Assembly (NCBI GenBank): GCA_937928795.1
Contig: CALFWB010000073.1
Span: forward strand, 1,521-65,520
Length of the DNA: 64,000 bases
Source: an uncultured Anaerolineales bacterium
GTDB taxonomy: Bacteria > Chloroflexota > Anaerolineae > Anaerolineales > UBA4823
Direction of reading: 5' to 3'
Shown here: piece by piece, positions 17,260-26,938 of the stretch
Layout of the letters: every line of letters starts with the position of its first letter
Numbering within the stretch: position 1 is the first letter of the stretch
Made by a program: the position numbers and the translations under genes
The notes under the pieces: model-generated
The model's input: only the letters and a program-made list of their open reading frames with translations
The model's database searches: none
Told to the model about the DNA's origin: nothing

Positions 17260-17294
17260 CCCCCTCTCCCTTCGTGGGAGAGGGACCGCGGGCG
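17260..17294. repeat. CCCCTCTCCC-N-GGGAGAGGG dispersed repeat unit
   Basis: CCCCTCTCCCTTCGTGGGAGAGGGACCGCGGGCG. Confidence 0.5.
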
Positions 17295-17439
17295 TTGCCC
17301 TGATCTGGTCGAAGAGTTAGTGAAACGTTCAAGCAGGCTGAATGCCACAAGAAGGGGGTCAAAGATTAAGAATTGAAAAGCCCAGGTGCGCCCTTGCATC
17401 CCCTTGTCAGTCAGGAACGGATAGGGTATGCTTAAGGGC

Positions 17440-17533
17440 GGGAGTGGTTGAGTCCCGGTGGGTTCCCCGGTCTTCAAAACCGGTGGCGGGTCGCGTTGCG
17501 GGCCGCGGTGGGTTCGACTCCCATCCACTCCCG
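17440..17533 (+). tRNA. selC: tRNA-Sec (anticodon UCA)
   Basis: Folded by hand. 8-bp acceptor stem GGGAGTGG/CCACTCCC. 6-bp D stem GAGTCC/GGGTTC with 4-nt loop CGGT. Anticodon stem CCGGT/ACCGG with loop CTTCAAA. Long variable arm of about 24 nt. T arm GTGGG-TTCGACT-CCCAT. Discriminator G. No encoded CCA. The D loop, anticodon loop and T loop match E. coli selC. Confidence 0.88.
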
Positions 17534-17547
17534 CTGGAGGTCTTTTG

Positions 17548-18759
17548 ATGTTTGCGACAGAATACGATCCACTGACTTCGGTGGTTGCGCGCTATTTGCG
17601 CATCCAAGACATCACGCAAGGCGATGCAAAACAGCCCTATGCGGTGCGCTATCGCGGCCAGTTGTACGGCGATTCCGCCCAAGCCTACGAACAGCTCGCT
17701 GCAGCGCTTAAACCGCTGGGCTACATGCCGCTGTTCCGCCCGGAGAACGGTCAACATGCCGTTTACTTGGTGACAGCTTTGCCGGATGCCAAACCGTCCA
17801 AGACGATTCTGAATGTGATCCTCTTCGCCTTAACGGTGCTGAGTGTGATCCTCGCCGGGGTGATCTACTCCTTAGCCGGTCAAGAACTGCCCGTCAATCC
17901 GCGCGGCTTGGCGGATTGGCTGCCTGCCATTCGCGCCAGCCTGAGCAATGGCATTGCTTTCGCCGCTAGCTTGTTGGCTATTCTGCTTGCCCATGAGTTC
18001 GGCCACTACCTCGTGGGACGCGCCCACGGCGAACAGGTTACTTTGCCCTACTTTTTGCCCTTTCCCTTTAGCGCTTTTGGCACTTTAGGGGCTTTTATTA
18101 ACATGAAGGCACCTCCCAAGAACAAGCGGGCCTTGCTAGATATTAGCCTAGCTGGACCCCTAGCTGGCTTGGCGGTTGCCTTTCCCATCCTGATCCTTGG
18201 TCTATCTCTCTCCAAGATTAGTCCTCTACCTAGCAGCCCAAACAGCGGGGTGGGCATCCAGATTGAAGGCAATTCGATCCTTTACCTTCTGGCAAAATGG
18301 GTTGTATATGGCAAATTGCTGCCACAACCGATCAGCTATGGCGACGTACCACCGTGGTTGTATTGGCTGCGCTATATCTTTACCGGTCGCCCGTTCCCGT
18401 ATGGGGGCATCGATGTCCTGCTCCATCCGGTCGCTTGGGCAGGCTGGGCGGGGTTGTTGGTGACCTCTCTTAACTTAATCCCCGCTGGCCAATTGGATGG
18501 CGGGCATGTCACCTACGTTTTGTTGGGCAGAAAAGCGCCGCGCCTCCTCCCTGTGGTCTTGGGCGCTTTAGTGTTGCTGGGTCTTTTCTGGAACGGATGG
18601 TGGATTTGGGCGCTTTTGGTTTTTACCCTTGGTCGCCAATACGCTGAGCCATTAGACCAGATTACCGAGCTGGACCCAATCCGCCGCATGGTTGCTTGGT
18701 TTGCCATCCTCTTGTTTATTTTGGTCTTTATCCCGGTTCCATTGTTGAGCATTAGTTGA
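17548..18759 (+). CDS. site-2 protease family (peptidase M50) zinc metalloprotease
   Basis: HEFGHY (HExxH) inside a TM helix, multiple TM segments, and NLIPAGQLDGGH as the second M50 motif. I moved the start to the ATG at 17548 (GGAGG SD) because the ORF-track N-terminus overlaps the tRNA. Confidence 0.85.
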   Translation: MFATEYDPLTSVVARYLRIQDITQGDAKQPYAVRYRGQLYGDSAQAYEQLAAALKPLGYMPLFRPENGQHAVYLVTALPDAKPSKTILNVILFALTVLSVILAGVIYSLAGQELPVNPRGLADWLPAIRASLSNGIAFAASLLAILLAHEFGHYLVGRAHGEQVTLPYFLPFPFSAFGTLGAFINMKAPPKNKRALLDISLAGPLAGLAVAFPILILGLSLSKISPLPSSPNSGVGIQIEGNSILYLLAKWVVYGKLLPQPISYGDVPPWLYWLRYIFTGRPFPYGGIDVLLHPVAWAGWAGLLVTSLNLIPAGQLDGGHVTYVLLGRKAPRLLPVVLGALVLLGLFWNGWWIWALLVFTLGRQYAEPLDQITELDPIRRMVAWFAILLFILVFIPVPLLSIS

Positions 18760-18767
18760 GTCGTGAA

Positions 18768-20645
18768 ATGGCCGATGAGCCATTATTGCAGGATGCGATT
18801 GAGGCGATCCGTCAGGAAAAATTTGAACGCGCCCGCGATATCTTAACCCGTCTGCTGCGCGCCGACCAGAAAAATCCCACCTACTGGCTGTGGATGAGCG
18901 CCGCCGTTCAAACGCCCAAGGAGAAACGCTACTGTCTCGAAACCGTCCTGCGTCTAGACCCCGATCATGAGCTGGCAAAGCAAGGGTTGGCTCTGATGGG
19001 CATCGGCAACTTCGCAGACGATACGCCTCCCCTTTCATTGCCGCGTCGCAAATGGAAGGTGGATGATCGCATCTCTCTGCCGCCGATTGAAGCAGCCAAC
19101 CGCAAAAAGCAACGCCTGCGCCAATTGATTGGCGTTTTCGCCCTGTTGATCTTGATTGTCCTTGGCGGCATTGGCTATTTCCTTTTTACGCCGCGTAAGG
19201 CTATCCCGACCTATGTTCCCCCCACCCGCACGCCGGGTCCCCCACCCACGTTTACCCCTACCCCGACTTATATCGGTTTTGTTGCCCTGCCAACGCCTGC
19301 GGGCGAGAGCGCAGCTCAACCAACGCCGCTTTGGATGTTGCTCGAGGCAACCTATACGCCCACACCTTTATACGTCAACACGCCTCATCCCATCTCCGAA
19401 GCTTTTCGGGCCGGCTTACTCGCTTATCAGCGCGAGGAATGGGAAGCCGCCATCCTTTACTTCCAACAGGCGCAACAACTGGAAGGCAACGCCGCAGATA
19501 TTCCTTATTATCTGGGGGAAACCTACCGTAAAGTCAACGATCCCCGCCGCGCTTTAGAAGCTTATGGACAAGCCTTGCGCATCGACCCAAACTTTGCCCC
19601 GGCGCTCTTAGGGCGGGCACGGGCAAACTTATCCATCAACCCCAAAAACGATGTCCTTCCCGACCTGAATCGAGCCTTGCAAATCGATCCTAATCTAGCC
19701 GAAGCCTATCTGGAACGAGCGTCACTCTACCTTAAGCAAGCCGAATGGCAGAAGGCTTTGCGGGATGTTGAACAAGCGGAAAAACTTTTGCCCTCCTCCC
19801 CCTTGCCCCCCTTGATGCGGGCAAAAATCTTGCTCCAGCAAGATCAAATCGAAAAAGCCTATCAAGAAGCGCAGATAGCCTATGACCGCGACCGCACGCT
19901 TTTAGAAGCCTATCGTCTGCTGGGTGAACTTGCGCTGCTGAACGGTGAAAGTGAGCAAGCCCAAGAGGTTTTGCAAATTTATCTGAGTTTTGAAAAGAAG
20001 GATAGCCGCGCTCAAGTTTTATATGGTAGGGCATTGGTAGGTTTGGCTACCCAAGAGGACCTCATCTCCGCTATGCTTGTCCGTCTTCCTATGCCTGAAA
20101 AGTCAACCGAAGCCCTGCAAGCCTTGGAGCGTGCCCTCGTGCTGGAGAAAGACAACGCTGAGGCGCATTTGGTGCGCAGTTGTCTCTATTTGGAACTGGA
20201 CGAAGGTCAAAAGGCAGTTAACGATTTGAGCGAAGCGCGCGCCGCCCTGTTCCGAACGGCAAACGCCCAGCGCGATCCGCTTTGGTTTGCCTATCACCTC
20301 GCCTTGAGCCGGGCCCTGTTGCAGGCTGGTCGCCTAGAGTCGGCTGAAAAACAATTCAACTACGCAGCCGAGTTTGCCAAAAGCAACCGCGAAAAAGCTG
20401 CGTTGCACTATTGGCGCGGGCAAGCCTATCTGGCTCTCGACCGCAAGAGCCTTGTTCAACGAGATTGGACAGCCTTGCTCCAATTGCCGACCCAGGATGT
20501 GCCGCTGGAGTGGCGCCGTATAGCCCAAAACTTTCTGGCTACGCCGACCCCGCTTTCCACAACCCCCACCCCATCCTCTCCACCTCAACGCACGCCCTCG
20601 CCATCTGCCCCTACGCCCACCTCGGCAAAAACGGCTACTCCCTGA
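18768..20645 (+). CDS. TPR-repeat protein with one TM segment and Pro/Thr-rich linkers
   Basis: Repeated TPR-like helices (AYLERASLYLKQAEWQKALRDVEQA and others), TM segment LIGVFALLILIVLGGIGYFLF, PT-rich tail. I prefer the ATG at 18768 over the TTG at 18756. Confidence 0.8.
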   Translation: MADEPLLQDAIEAIRQEKFERARDILTRLLRADQKNPTYWLWMSAAVQTPKEKRYCLETVLRLDPDHELAKQGLALMGIGNFADDTPPLSLPRRKWKVDDRISLPPIEAANRKKQRLRQLIGVFALLILIVLGGIGYFLFTPRKAIPTYVPPTRTPGPPPTFTPTPTYIGFVALPTPAGESAAQPTPLWMLLEATYTPTPLYVNTPHPISEAFRAGLLAYQREEWEAAILYFQQAQQLEGNAADIPYYLGETYRKVNDPRRALEAYGQALRIDPNFAPALLGRARANLSINPKNDVLPDLNRALQIDPNLAEAYLERASLYLKQAEWQKALRDVEQAEKLLPSSPLPPLMRAKILLQQDQIEKAYQEAQIAYDRDRTLLEAYRLLGELALLNGESEQAQEVLQIYLSFEKKDSRAQVLYGRALVGLATQEDLISAMLVRLPMPEKSTEALQALERALVLEKDNAEAHLVRSCLYLELDEGQKAVNDLSEARAALFRTANAQRDPLWFAYHLALSRALLQAGRLESAEKQFNYAAEFAKSNREKAALHYWRGQAYLALDRKSLVQRDWTALLQLPTQDVPLEWRRIAQNFLATPTPLSTTPTPSSPPQRTPSPSAPTPTSAKTATP

Positions 20646-20654
20646 AACGCCCTG

Positions 20655-22175
20655 ATGTCGAAATCCTCTTCCCCCGAAACTGCTCTCCCGAACCCCGCCG
20701 AGCCGCAACAAAAGGTCTTGGATGGGTCTCCTCTCCTGCGGCGTATTCTGTTGGCTGCTTTCTTGATTTTAGTGCTCTTTATCTTTTTACTCTCTCAGCG
20801 TCCAGACCGCTACTGGCTCAGCGCCATGGCGTTGCTCTTTGTCTTGCTTGCCGAGACGACCCTTAGCCTACGTGATTTGCGAGGAAAAGCGCATCAACAA
20901 AACCGACAGCTTTCCACGCTGAGCGCCATCAGCCAAGCCATGCAAAACGCCGCCCAACTCGATGAAATTCTGGCAGCCATCCAGCAACGCGTGCGCCAGC
21001 AGCTCGGCGTGGATAACTTTTATGTTGCCCTGTATGATGAACCCAACCGCCAAATTTGGTACCCGATGGCGGTCAAAGATGGACAAGTTGTTTATTGGGC
21101 GGTGCGTCCCTTGGCAAATCGGCTGACCGATCGCGTCATCCTAGAACGGCGCGCCATCCTCTTGCCAGCGCAAGCCCATCAGGAACTAAAGCGGACCGGT
21201 TTGCCCTTAGGCGAAGAGCCACTTTCGGCTTGGATGGGTGTCCCTTTGCAGGTTGCCGAACGCGTCCTGGGATGCTTGGCGGTTTTTTCTTATTCCCCTT
21301 TTACTTCCTTTTGCAGCGAAGACCTTGAGTTTCTGCAAACCCTAGCCGGCCAGGTTGCAGTTGCCGTGCAGAACTTCTTGCTGAGCGAACAAATCCGCCA
21401 AAGCGAACAGCGCATTCAGCACATGACTCTGCAAAGCCACCAACGCGAATTGCTGACCGAAACCCTGGTACACGATTTAAGGTCACCGATCGGAACCGTG
21501 CTGAGCGCCTTAGAAGTGATTGCGACAGCAGTGGAGAAAGAGGACATCTCACCTAAAGACACCCTTCGTCGCGCCGTTACAATTGCTCAGCAAGGCGCCG
21601 AGCGGTTGCTCAAGTTGACCGACCGCGTCTTAGAAATCACCCGTATGGAAGAGAGCGGCGTAAAGTTGGAAAAGCAGCCGATCAAGGTCTCCGAATGGAT
21701 ACTTTCCATGTTTCAAGAGTATCAGCCCCGTTGTGCAGCCGAACAATTGGCTTTTCATCTTCATCTTGAACCGAACCTGCCTACCCTTATCGCCGATGAA
21801 GAGAAGATGCGCCGCGTCCTGCACAACCTGTTGGACAATGCGATCAACTTCACGCCGCACGGTGGGGAGATTCGCTTGCTGGCTTCTGCCCCCCAGGCAG
21901 GTTGGTTGATCTTACAAGTGGAGGATAGCGGTCCAGGCATCCCGCCTGCAGACCGTGAGAAAGTCTTTGAGCGGTTTTATCAGGTTGCCGGGCAAGAAGC
22001 CAAACAGCGCGGCTCCGGTTTGGGATTAACCTTTTGTAGATTAGTGGTGCAAGCCCATGGGGGCGATATTTGGGTAGAGGATTCGCCACAAGGGGGTTGC
22101 CGCATGGTGATCAGGATGCCCGTTCAACCCCTTGAGGCTGCTTCTCTCCCGCCAGAATCCTCAGCCGCAGATTGA
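20655..22175 (+). CDS. sensor histidine kinase (TM-GAF-HisKA-HATPase)
   Basis: H-box HDLRSPIGTV, N-box LHNLLDNAINFT, G-boxes DSGPGIPP and GSGLGLTF. Confidence 0.85.
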   Translation: MSKSSSPETALPNPAEPQQKVLDGSPLLRRILLAAFLILVLFIFLLSQRPDRYWLSAMALLFVLLAETTLSLRDLRGKAHQQNRQLSTLSAISQAMQNAAQLDEILAAIQQRVRQQLGVDNFYVALYDEPNRQIWYPMAVKDGQVVYWAVRPLANRLTDRVILERRAILLPAQAHQELKRTGLPLGEEPLSAWMGVPLQVAERVLGCLAVFSYSPFTSFCSEDLEFLQTLAGQVAVAVQNFLLSEQIRQSEQRIQHMTLQSHQRELLTETLVHDLRSPIGTVLSALEVIATAVEKEDISPKDTLRRAVTIAQQGAERLLKLTDRVLEITRMEESGVKLEKQPIKVSEWILSMFQEYQPRCAAEQLAFHLHLEPNLPTLIADEEKMRRVLHNLLDNAINFTPHGGEIRLLASAPQAGWLILQVEDSGPGIPPADREKVFERFYQVAGQEAKQRGSGLGLTFCRLVVQAHGGDIWVEDSPQGGCRMVIRMPVQPLEAASLPPESSAAD

Positions 22176-25100
22176 GGTTGGCGGATGGGCAGGGAGATAT
22201 AAAACGTAGAACCGCGGCCGAGTTGGCTTTCCACCCATGCGCGGCCGTGATGCCGTTCGGCAACCGATTTGACGATCGCCAAGCCCAAGCCCGAACCGCT
22301 GCCCTTTGCGCCCGGACGTTTCACGCGGAAGAACTTGTCGAACAGACGCGGCTGATCAAGCGGGGCGATCCCAATGCCGGTATCACGCACGGCAAAGATC
22401 AAGTGTTCGTCTTTGACCCACGCTCCGATTTGCACCTTGCCACCGGCTTCGGTGAATTTAATGGCGTTATCCAACAGATTGTACAAAGCTTGATTGACCA
22501 GAGCCGCATCGGCTTCGATCAGGGGCAGTCCTTCGCTCGGCAGATCGGCAGAAAGTTGAATGCGTTTTTGCGTGGCATGAGGTTTGATATCGATAATGAC
22601 TTTTTCGACAAGGTTTTGGGGAGCGACTAGTTCCAGTTGCAAGCCGAGTCCGGCTTCAATCCGTCCCAAATCGAGCAAGTTGTTAACCAAGCGGTTCATA
22701 TTTTCGACCGCCGAGATAATTTTCTGCACGTAACCCGCTTGGTGTTCGTTCAACGAACCAGCCATCTCTAACATAGTGGCGTAGCCACGCATCAAGGTTA
22801 GCGGAGAACGCAAGTCGTGCGAAACGTTGGCAACAAACTCAGATTTGAGGGCATCTAACTCTTTGAAATGGGTAATATCACGCAGCAAGCAGACGCGGCT
22901 TACCGGGCGTCTTTCGGCATAGACCGTAGAGGCGATAGCTGAGTAGATTTTCCCATTGGGCAAGGTAAGCTCAATCGTTTGTGGGCTTTCCTCACTGCCT
23001 TGCATCAGTTTGCTCAGTTCCTCCGGGAGGCGAATTTGCTCCGGGGAAGTGAGCTGTTCTTTAGGCGCAGAAAAAGCCCTTAGGGCAGCCGGGTTTGCCA
23101 GCGAGACCTGTCCTTTGGTGTCGGTGACAAGGATGGGGTCAGAGGTAGAGGTCAGGATCGCCTCGAGTCGTTTACGCCCGATTTCGGCGGTCAAAAAGTG
23201 ACGCGCATTTGCCACCGCCAATGCGGCTTGACCGGCTAAAGTGGTGACGAAACGTATCTCTTCCTCGTTGAAGGAATGGGGTAAATCGAATGCAAGCCAA
23301 AAACTGCCAACGACCTCGTTTTCGATCCTAAGGGCGATCGCGATCAACGCTTCGGGGATCGGCGCATTCGGCGGGTAGGTCAACAGGCGCGGGCGAAAGG
23401 GATGGGAGAGGACAATGCGTTCTTGCTGGCGACAGACAGTCAGAATCTGTTCGTCTAAATCGGCGTAAAGCTGAGCAGCATGACCATCGGCAAATACGGT
23501 CAGGCGGTTTTCCTCGCTGCTTAATACTGGCAGTGCCCCTGGCGTCAGGGTTAGCCGCACCGAGGCTGCTCCCAACGAAAGAGCAGCTTCGAGCACCGGG
23601 CGGATCGCCTGCCCTAAATCCAAGCTGGAGGCGACTCCTTGGCTAACCCACAGCAATCGGTTGAGTTCATCTAACCTTGCCTTTAGGCTCAAACGCATCG
23701 ACTCAAAGGCTGCCCTCAGACGCCCTTCTTCGTCTTCCCCTCTGACTTCCACCACTTTATCCAAACGCCCTTCAGCAATGCTGGTAGCTTGTTCGGCTAA
23801 AAGTTGCAAAGAAGAGGTGATCTTGGTGAGGTTATAGCTAAAGTACAGGAGAGCACTGCCACCCAGCAGAAACATAGCAATCAGGATTGGGGCCGCAATA
23901 TTGATAGCAAGCTGTTGGGCTTGACGGGCGGGCAAGCTGAGAATCACCATCCAAGGGCGGCCGCGGGCAGGCTTTACGTAGACCAAACGGCGCGTGCCGT
24001 CAGAAGCGGTTTCGTCAAACAGGGTCTCACGCAGATCCGTACGACCACTGTAAGGCTCCATCAGGTAGGTAGGTTGGGGATGAAACAAGATCAAACCGTT
24101 TTCATCGAGCAAGATTCCCTCACCCTGGTAGGCTGTCATGCCGCGTAGGATACTCAACAGGGATTGGGTCATCGGGTTGATACTTAACGAGGTACGCCCG
24201 ATCAATATTCGCTTTGGGGTGCCTTGTTCATCCGAAAGGGCGGCGATGAAGGAGATTTGGGCAGCATTCTCGCCGTTCTGCGGCGGGGCGGAATACGTCT
24301 GGAAAGGCACACCCCCCAACGTCAGCCGAATGCCCATTTGCTCGGCGACAAGGGCGCCGGCGCGGTGGTAGTCGCTTTGAGGATAGCCGGCGATGCTTTC
24401 TCCCTGTTGGTTCAATACGTATAACTGGGTAAAGAATGGAACTGTGCGTAGGTGTTCTTGCAAATAGCCATCGATTTCGGTCGGTGAGCCGTTGATCAAG
24501 CGTTGGTCCTGCGCAATTTGCTGAATCATATTCTGCCCGGCTTCTAAAAAGTAGGGGATGCTATCGGTTGTGAGCTGCGCCATCCCCCGTAAGCGCTCGG
24601 TGATCATCTGGCGGGCTGCCCTTTCGGCAACTCGCCAAACGATGCCTACCAGAAAAACCGTCAAGAACAAAACCAGTGGCAAGAAGAGATAGATAAAGCG
24701 GGCAGATAAACTTCGCTCAGCGGGAGAGGGTATCAGTGGCATTGGCGTTCCCCAGCGCTTAGGGGCAAGCAGATAAACGGCTTCAGCAGCCGCACCGCCG
24801 ATCAAGAGCATTCCCGCTTTTGCCAGAGTAGAGTGGGGCAGGTTGGTCAGGACATAGTCAAGGCGAACCGCTGCAGAGCCGTCCACCAGCCAGATGTGAG
24901 TGAGCAGAAAAGCTAGCGGCGTCACTGCGGAGACCAAAGCCGCCGCTACGATTGGATGCCGTAGCCAACGATAGAAGAAGGTGCGATAGCGTTGATGGAC
25001 CATGGCGCTAAAAAAAGCGGCGTAGAACAGGTATTCCAGCGGCGTAAAAACGCTGTGGGTTGCCCAAACCATCAAAGGCAAACTGCTGATCGCAGCTACA

Positions 25101-25462
25101 ATCAGGGCAGGGAAGATGCCATAAATGCCAGCAACGATCATCCAGGGTAAAGCGGAAAAAATCATCAGTGCTGCAGAAGCGGCTTGGATGGGTAAACCCG
25201 GTGGCGGGAGAGCATTGGAGGCCGTCAGACGAAGGCCGACAAACAGGGTCATTAGAACAGAAGCTAAGCCTGCTAACAACACCATTCCTAAGGCTTCCCA
25301 TCTCCAACGGCTGGCGTGATGCCGCCAACCATAGATCGCCCAGCCCACTCCAAAGGCGATCAGCAACCAAACCAAAAAGAGGGCAAAACGTCCCAGCCAA
25401 CTGGAAGGGAAGGCTAAATAGGCCGGCAATTGTGTTAGAGAAAGGATCCAATCGATTTGCAT
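22124..25462 (-). CDS. large sensor histidine kinase (multi-TM N-terminus, extracytoplasmic domain, HAMP, GAF, PAS, HisKA, HATPase)
   Basis: SHDLRSPLT H-box, LYNLLDNAIKFT, DTGIGIAP, GSGLGLAIV. HAMP-like segment AEGRLDKVVEVRGEDEEGRL. 1112 aa. Confidence 0.85.
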   Translation of the reverse strand: MQIDWILSLTQLPAYLAFPSSWLGRFALFLVWLLIAFGVGWAIYGWRHHASRWRWEALGMVLLAGLASVLMTLFVGLRLTASNALPPPGLPIQAASAALMIFSALPWMIVAGIYGIFPALIVAAISSLPLMVWATHSVFTPLEYLFYAAFFSAMVHQRYRTFFYRWLRHPIVAAALVSAVTPLAFLLTHIWLVDGSAAVRLDYVLTNLPHSTLAKAGMLLIGGAAAEAVYLLAPKRWGTPMPLIPSPAERSLSARFIYLFLPLVLFLTVFLVGIVWRVAERAARQMITERLRGMAQLTTDSIPYFLEAGQNMIQQIAQDQRLINGSPTEIDGYLQEHLRTVPFFTQLYVLNQQGESIAGYPQSDYHRAGALVAEQMGIRLTLGGVPFQTYSAPPQNGENAAQISFIAALSDEQGTPKRILIGRTSLSINPMTQSLLSILRGMTAYQGEGILLDENGLILFHPQPTYLMEPYSGRTDLRETLFDETASDGTRRLVYVKPARGRPWMVILSLPARQAQQLAINIAAPILIAMFLLGGSALLYFSYNLTKITSSLQLLAEQATSIAEGRLDKVVEVRGEDEEGRLRAAFESMRLSLKARLDELNRLLWVSQGVASSLDLGQAIRPVLEAALSLGAASVRLTLTPGALPVLSSEENRLTVFADGHAAQLYADLDEQILTVCRQQERIVLSHPFRPRLLTYPPNAPIPEALIAIALRIENEVVGSFWLAFDLPHSFNEEEIRFVTTLAGQAALAVANARHFLTAEIGRKRLEAILTSTSDPILVTDTKGQVSLANPAALRAFSAPKEQLTSPEQIRLPEELSKLMQGSEESPQTIELTLPNGKIYSAIASTVYAERRPVSRVCLLRDITHFKELDALKSEFVANVSHDLRSPLTLMRGYATMLEMAGSLNEHQAGYVQKIISAVENMNRLVNNLLDLGRIEAGLGLQLELVAPQNLVEKVIIDIKPHATQKRIQLSADLPSEGLPLIEADAALVNQALYNLLDNAIKFTEAGGKVQIGAWVKDEHLIFAVRDTGIGIAPLDQPRLFDKFFRVKRPGAKGSGSGLGLAIVKSVAERHHGRAWVESQLGRGSTFYISLPIRQPQSAAEDSGGREAASRG

Positions 25463-25478
25463 CTGTCGCTACATTCTC

Positions 25479-26222
25479 CTAGAGCCACTCGATCGTGGAT
25501 TGCGTGGCTTTTCCCAAATCGCTATAGGCCCCGCGCAGTTCGGGGGGCAACAGGGCAGCCAAGATGTACATGGCTTCATCGGTCATCAAGCGTAATTGCT
25601 CCTTAGAAGGACGCTTCAGATGGGACTGATAGCGGAACGGCTCGCCGAATCGCACCTGAGCGCCGGGTTGTTTCCAACGCGGAGCGCCACGAAGGGCAGG
25701 GAAGCCAACCGTCCCCCAAATTGCGGTGGGGATCAACGGTACACCGCTGCGGGCTGCCAAATAGGCTATCCCCTCTTTTGCCTGAGAGAGGGCTGGCCGC
25801 CGCGTGCCTTCGGGCGCAACCAGGACAATCTCCCCGGCGTGCAACACTTCGAGGATTTGTTGCACTGCACGGCGGTCAACCTCTTCGCGGCGCACGGGAA
25901 TGACGCCCCACAGGCGCGGAATGATCCCAACAAGCGGATAATCATAAACTTCGATTTTGGCAAGCGGGACAATGTTGCGCGGGATGATATGCACAACCAC
26001 AATGGGGTCGACAAAAGCGATATGGTTGATGTAAAGGATTGCCGGGCCAGTCTTTGGGATGTTTTCAACTCCTTCTACTCGATCAAGTTTAACCAACAAG
26101 GTCATCCCAATAGTGCGCAAGAGGAAGCGTAAAAAGCGCCGTTGGGTTTCCCAGCGCGCATGGTTATAACGCTGTGAGGCTGTCTGAGGGAGTGAAACGT
26201 TCAGCGCATTTTGACTTTGCAT
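25479..26222 (-). CDS. plsC: 1-acyl-sn-glycerol-3-phosphate acyltransferase family protein
   Basis: NHIAFVDP (HX4D) and VAPEGTR motifs. Confidence 0.8.
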   Translation of the reverse strand: MQSQNALNVSLPQTASQRYNHARWETQRRFLRFLLRTIGMTLLVKLDRVEGVENIPKTGPAILYINHIAFVDPIVVVHIIPRNIVPLAKIEVYDYPLVGIIPRLWGVIPVRREEVDRRAVQQILEVLHAGEIVLVAPEGTRRPALSQAKEGIAYLAARSGVPLIPTAIWGTVGFPALRGAPRWKQPGAQVRFGEPFRYQSHLKRPSKEQLRLMTDEAMYILAALLPPELRGAYSDLGKATQSTIEWL

Positions 26223-26224
26223 GG

Positions 26225-26935
26225 TTAGAGTCCTTCCTCGGCTGGAAGCGAAAAATCGGCATAGACACCGCGATAATCGGGGGGTAAGAGCGCAGCAATT
26301 GCCAGCATCACTCGGTCGGCATTGTGCTGGCGAGCTTGGCGGCGGGCTTCACCTTTGGCAAGGATGGGCGGTAACTGAAGCGGTTTCCCAATGTTCATCT
26401 CCAGTTTAGGCCGCTTGAGGTGCAAGGCGCGTTGTAAGAAATCATCGGTAGAACCGATAACTCCCACCGGTACGACGGGGACCTTTGCCCTCTCAACCAA
26501 ATAGGCGATGCCGGGAAAGGCGCGCCGTAAGCCAGGGCGGTGTGTGCGTCCCCCTTCCGGAGCGATCAGCAGCGGCTTGCCGCTGGCGAGAATGCTAAGC
26601 GCTTGTTCCATCACTTGCCGGTCATATCGGCCGCGGTGAACCTGAATACCGTGATACAGACGGGCTAAAATGTTTTGTCCTTTGCGACGCCATACTTCCA
26701 CCGCTCCCATCGCCTCTAATTCGGTCGGCCAAAAGGCTACCACGAAAGGCGCCTCAAACAACGAGATATGGTTGATGGCAACCAAGTACGCTCCACTTTT
26801 TGGGACATTTTCTAAGCCGCGAATGCGAGCCGAACTGAGCAAGTGAAACAAACCGCGAAAGATCGGGCGCAAGACCTTGCGGGCAATGCGATTAAACAAG
26901 GGAACACGATACGGAGCGAGGGTTTCCACTTGCAT
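26225..26935 (-). CDS. lysophospholipid acyltransferase family protein (HX4E variant)
   Basis: NHISLFEAP and IAPEGGRT motifs. It ends 2 nt upstream of the next acyltransferase gene. Confidence 0.8.
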   Translation of the reverse strand: MQVETLAPYRVPLFNRIARKVLRPIFRGLFHLLSSARIRGLENVPKSGAYLVAINHISLFEAPFVVAFWPTELEAMGAVEVWRRKGQNILARLYHGIQVHRGRYDRQVMEQALSILASGKPLLIAPEGGRTHRPGLRRAFPGIAYLVERAKVPVVPVGVIGSTDDFLQRALHLKRPKLEMNIGKPLQLPPILAKGEARRQARQHNADRVMLAIAALLPPDYRGVYADFSLPAEEGL

Positions 26936-26938
26936 AGA

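Noticed and set aside
17214-17757. Minus-strand ORFs 17214-17528 and 17407-17757, and the N-terminal 30 codons of ORF 17458-18759.
   Set aside because: They overlap the tRNA-Sec gene and repeat DNA. The M50 protease has a proper ATG and GGAGG at 17548, just after the tRNA.
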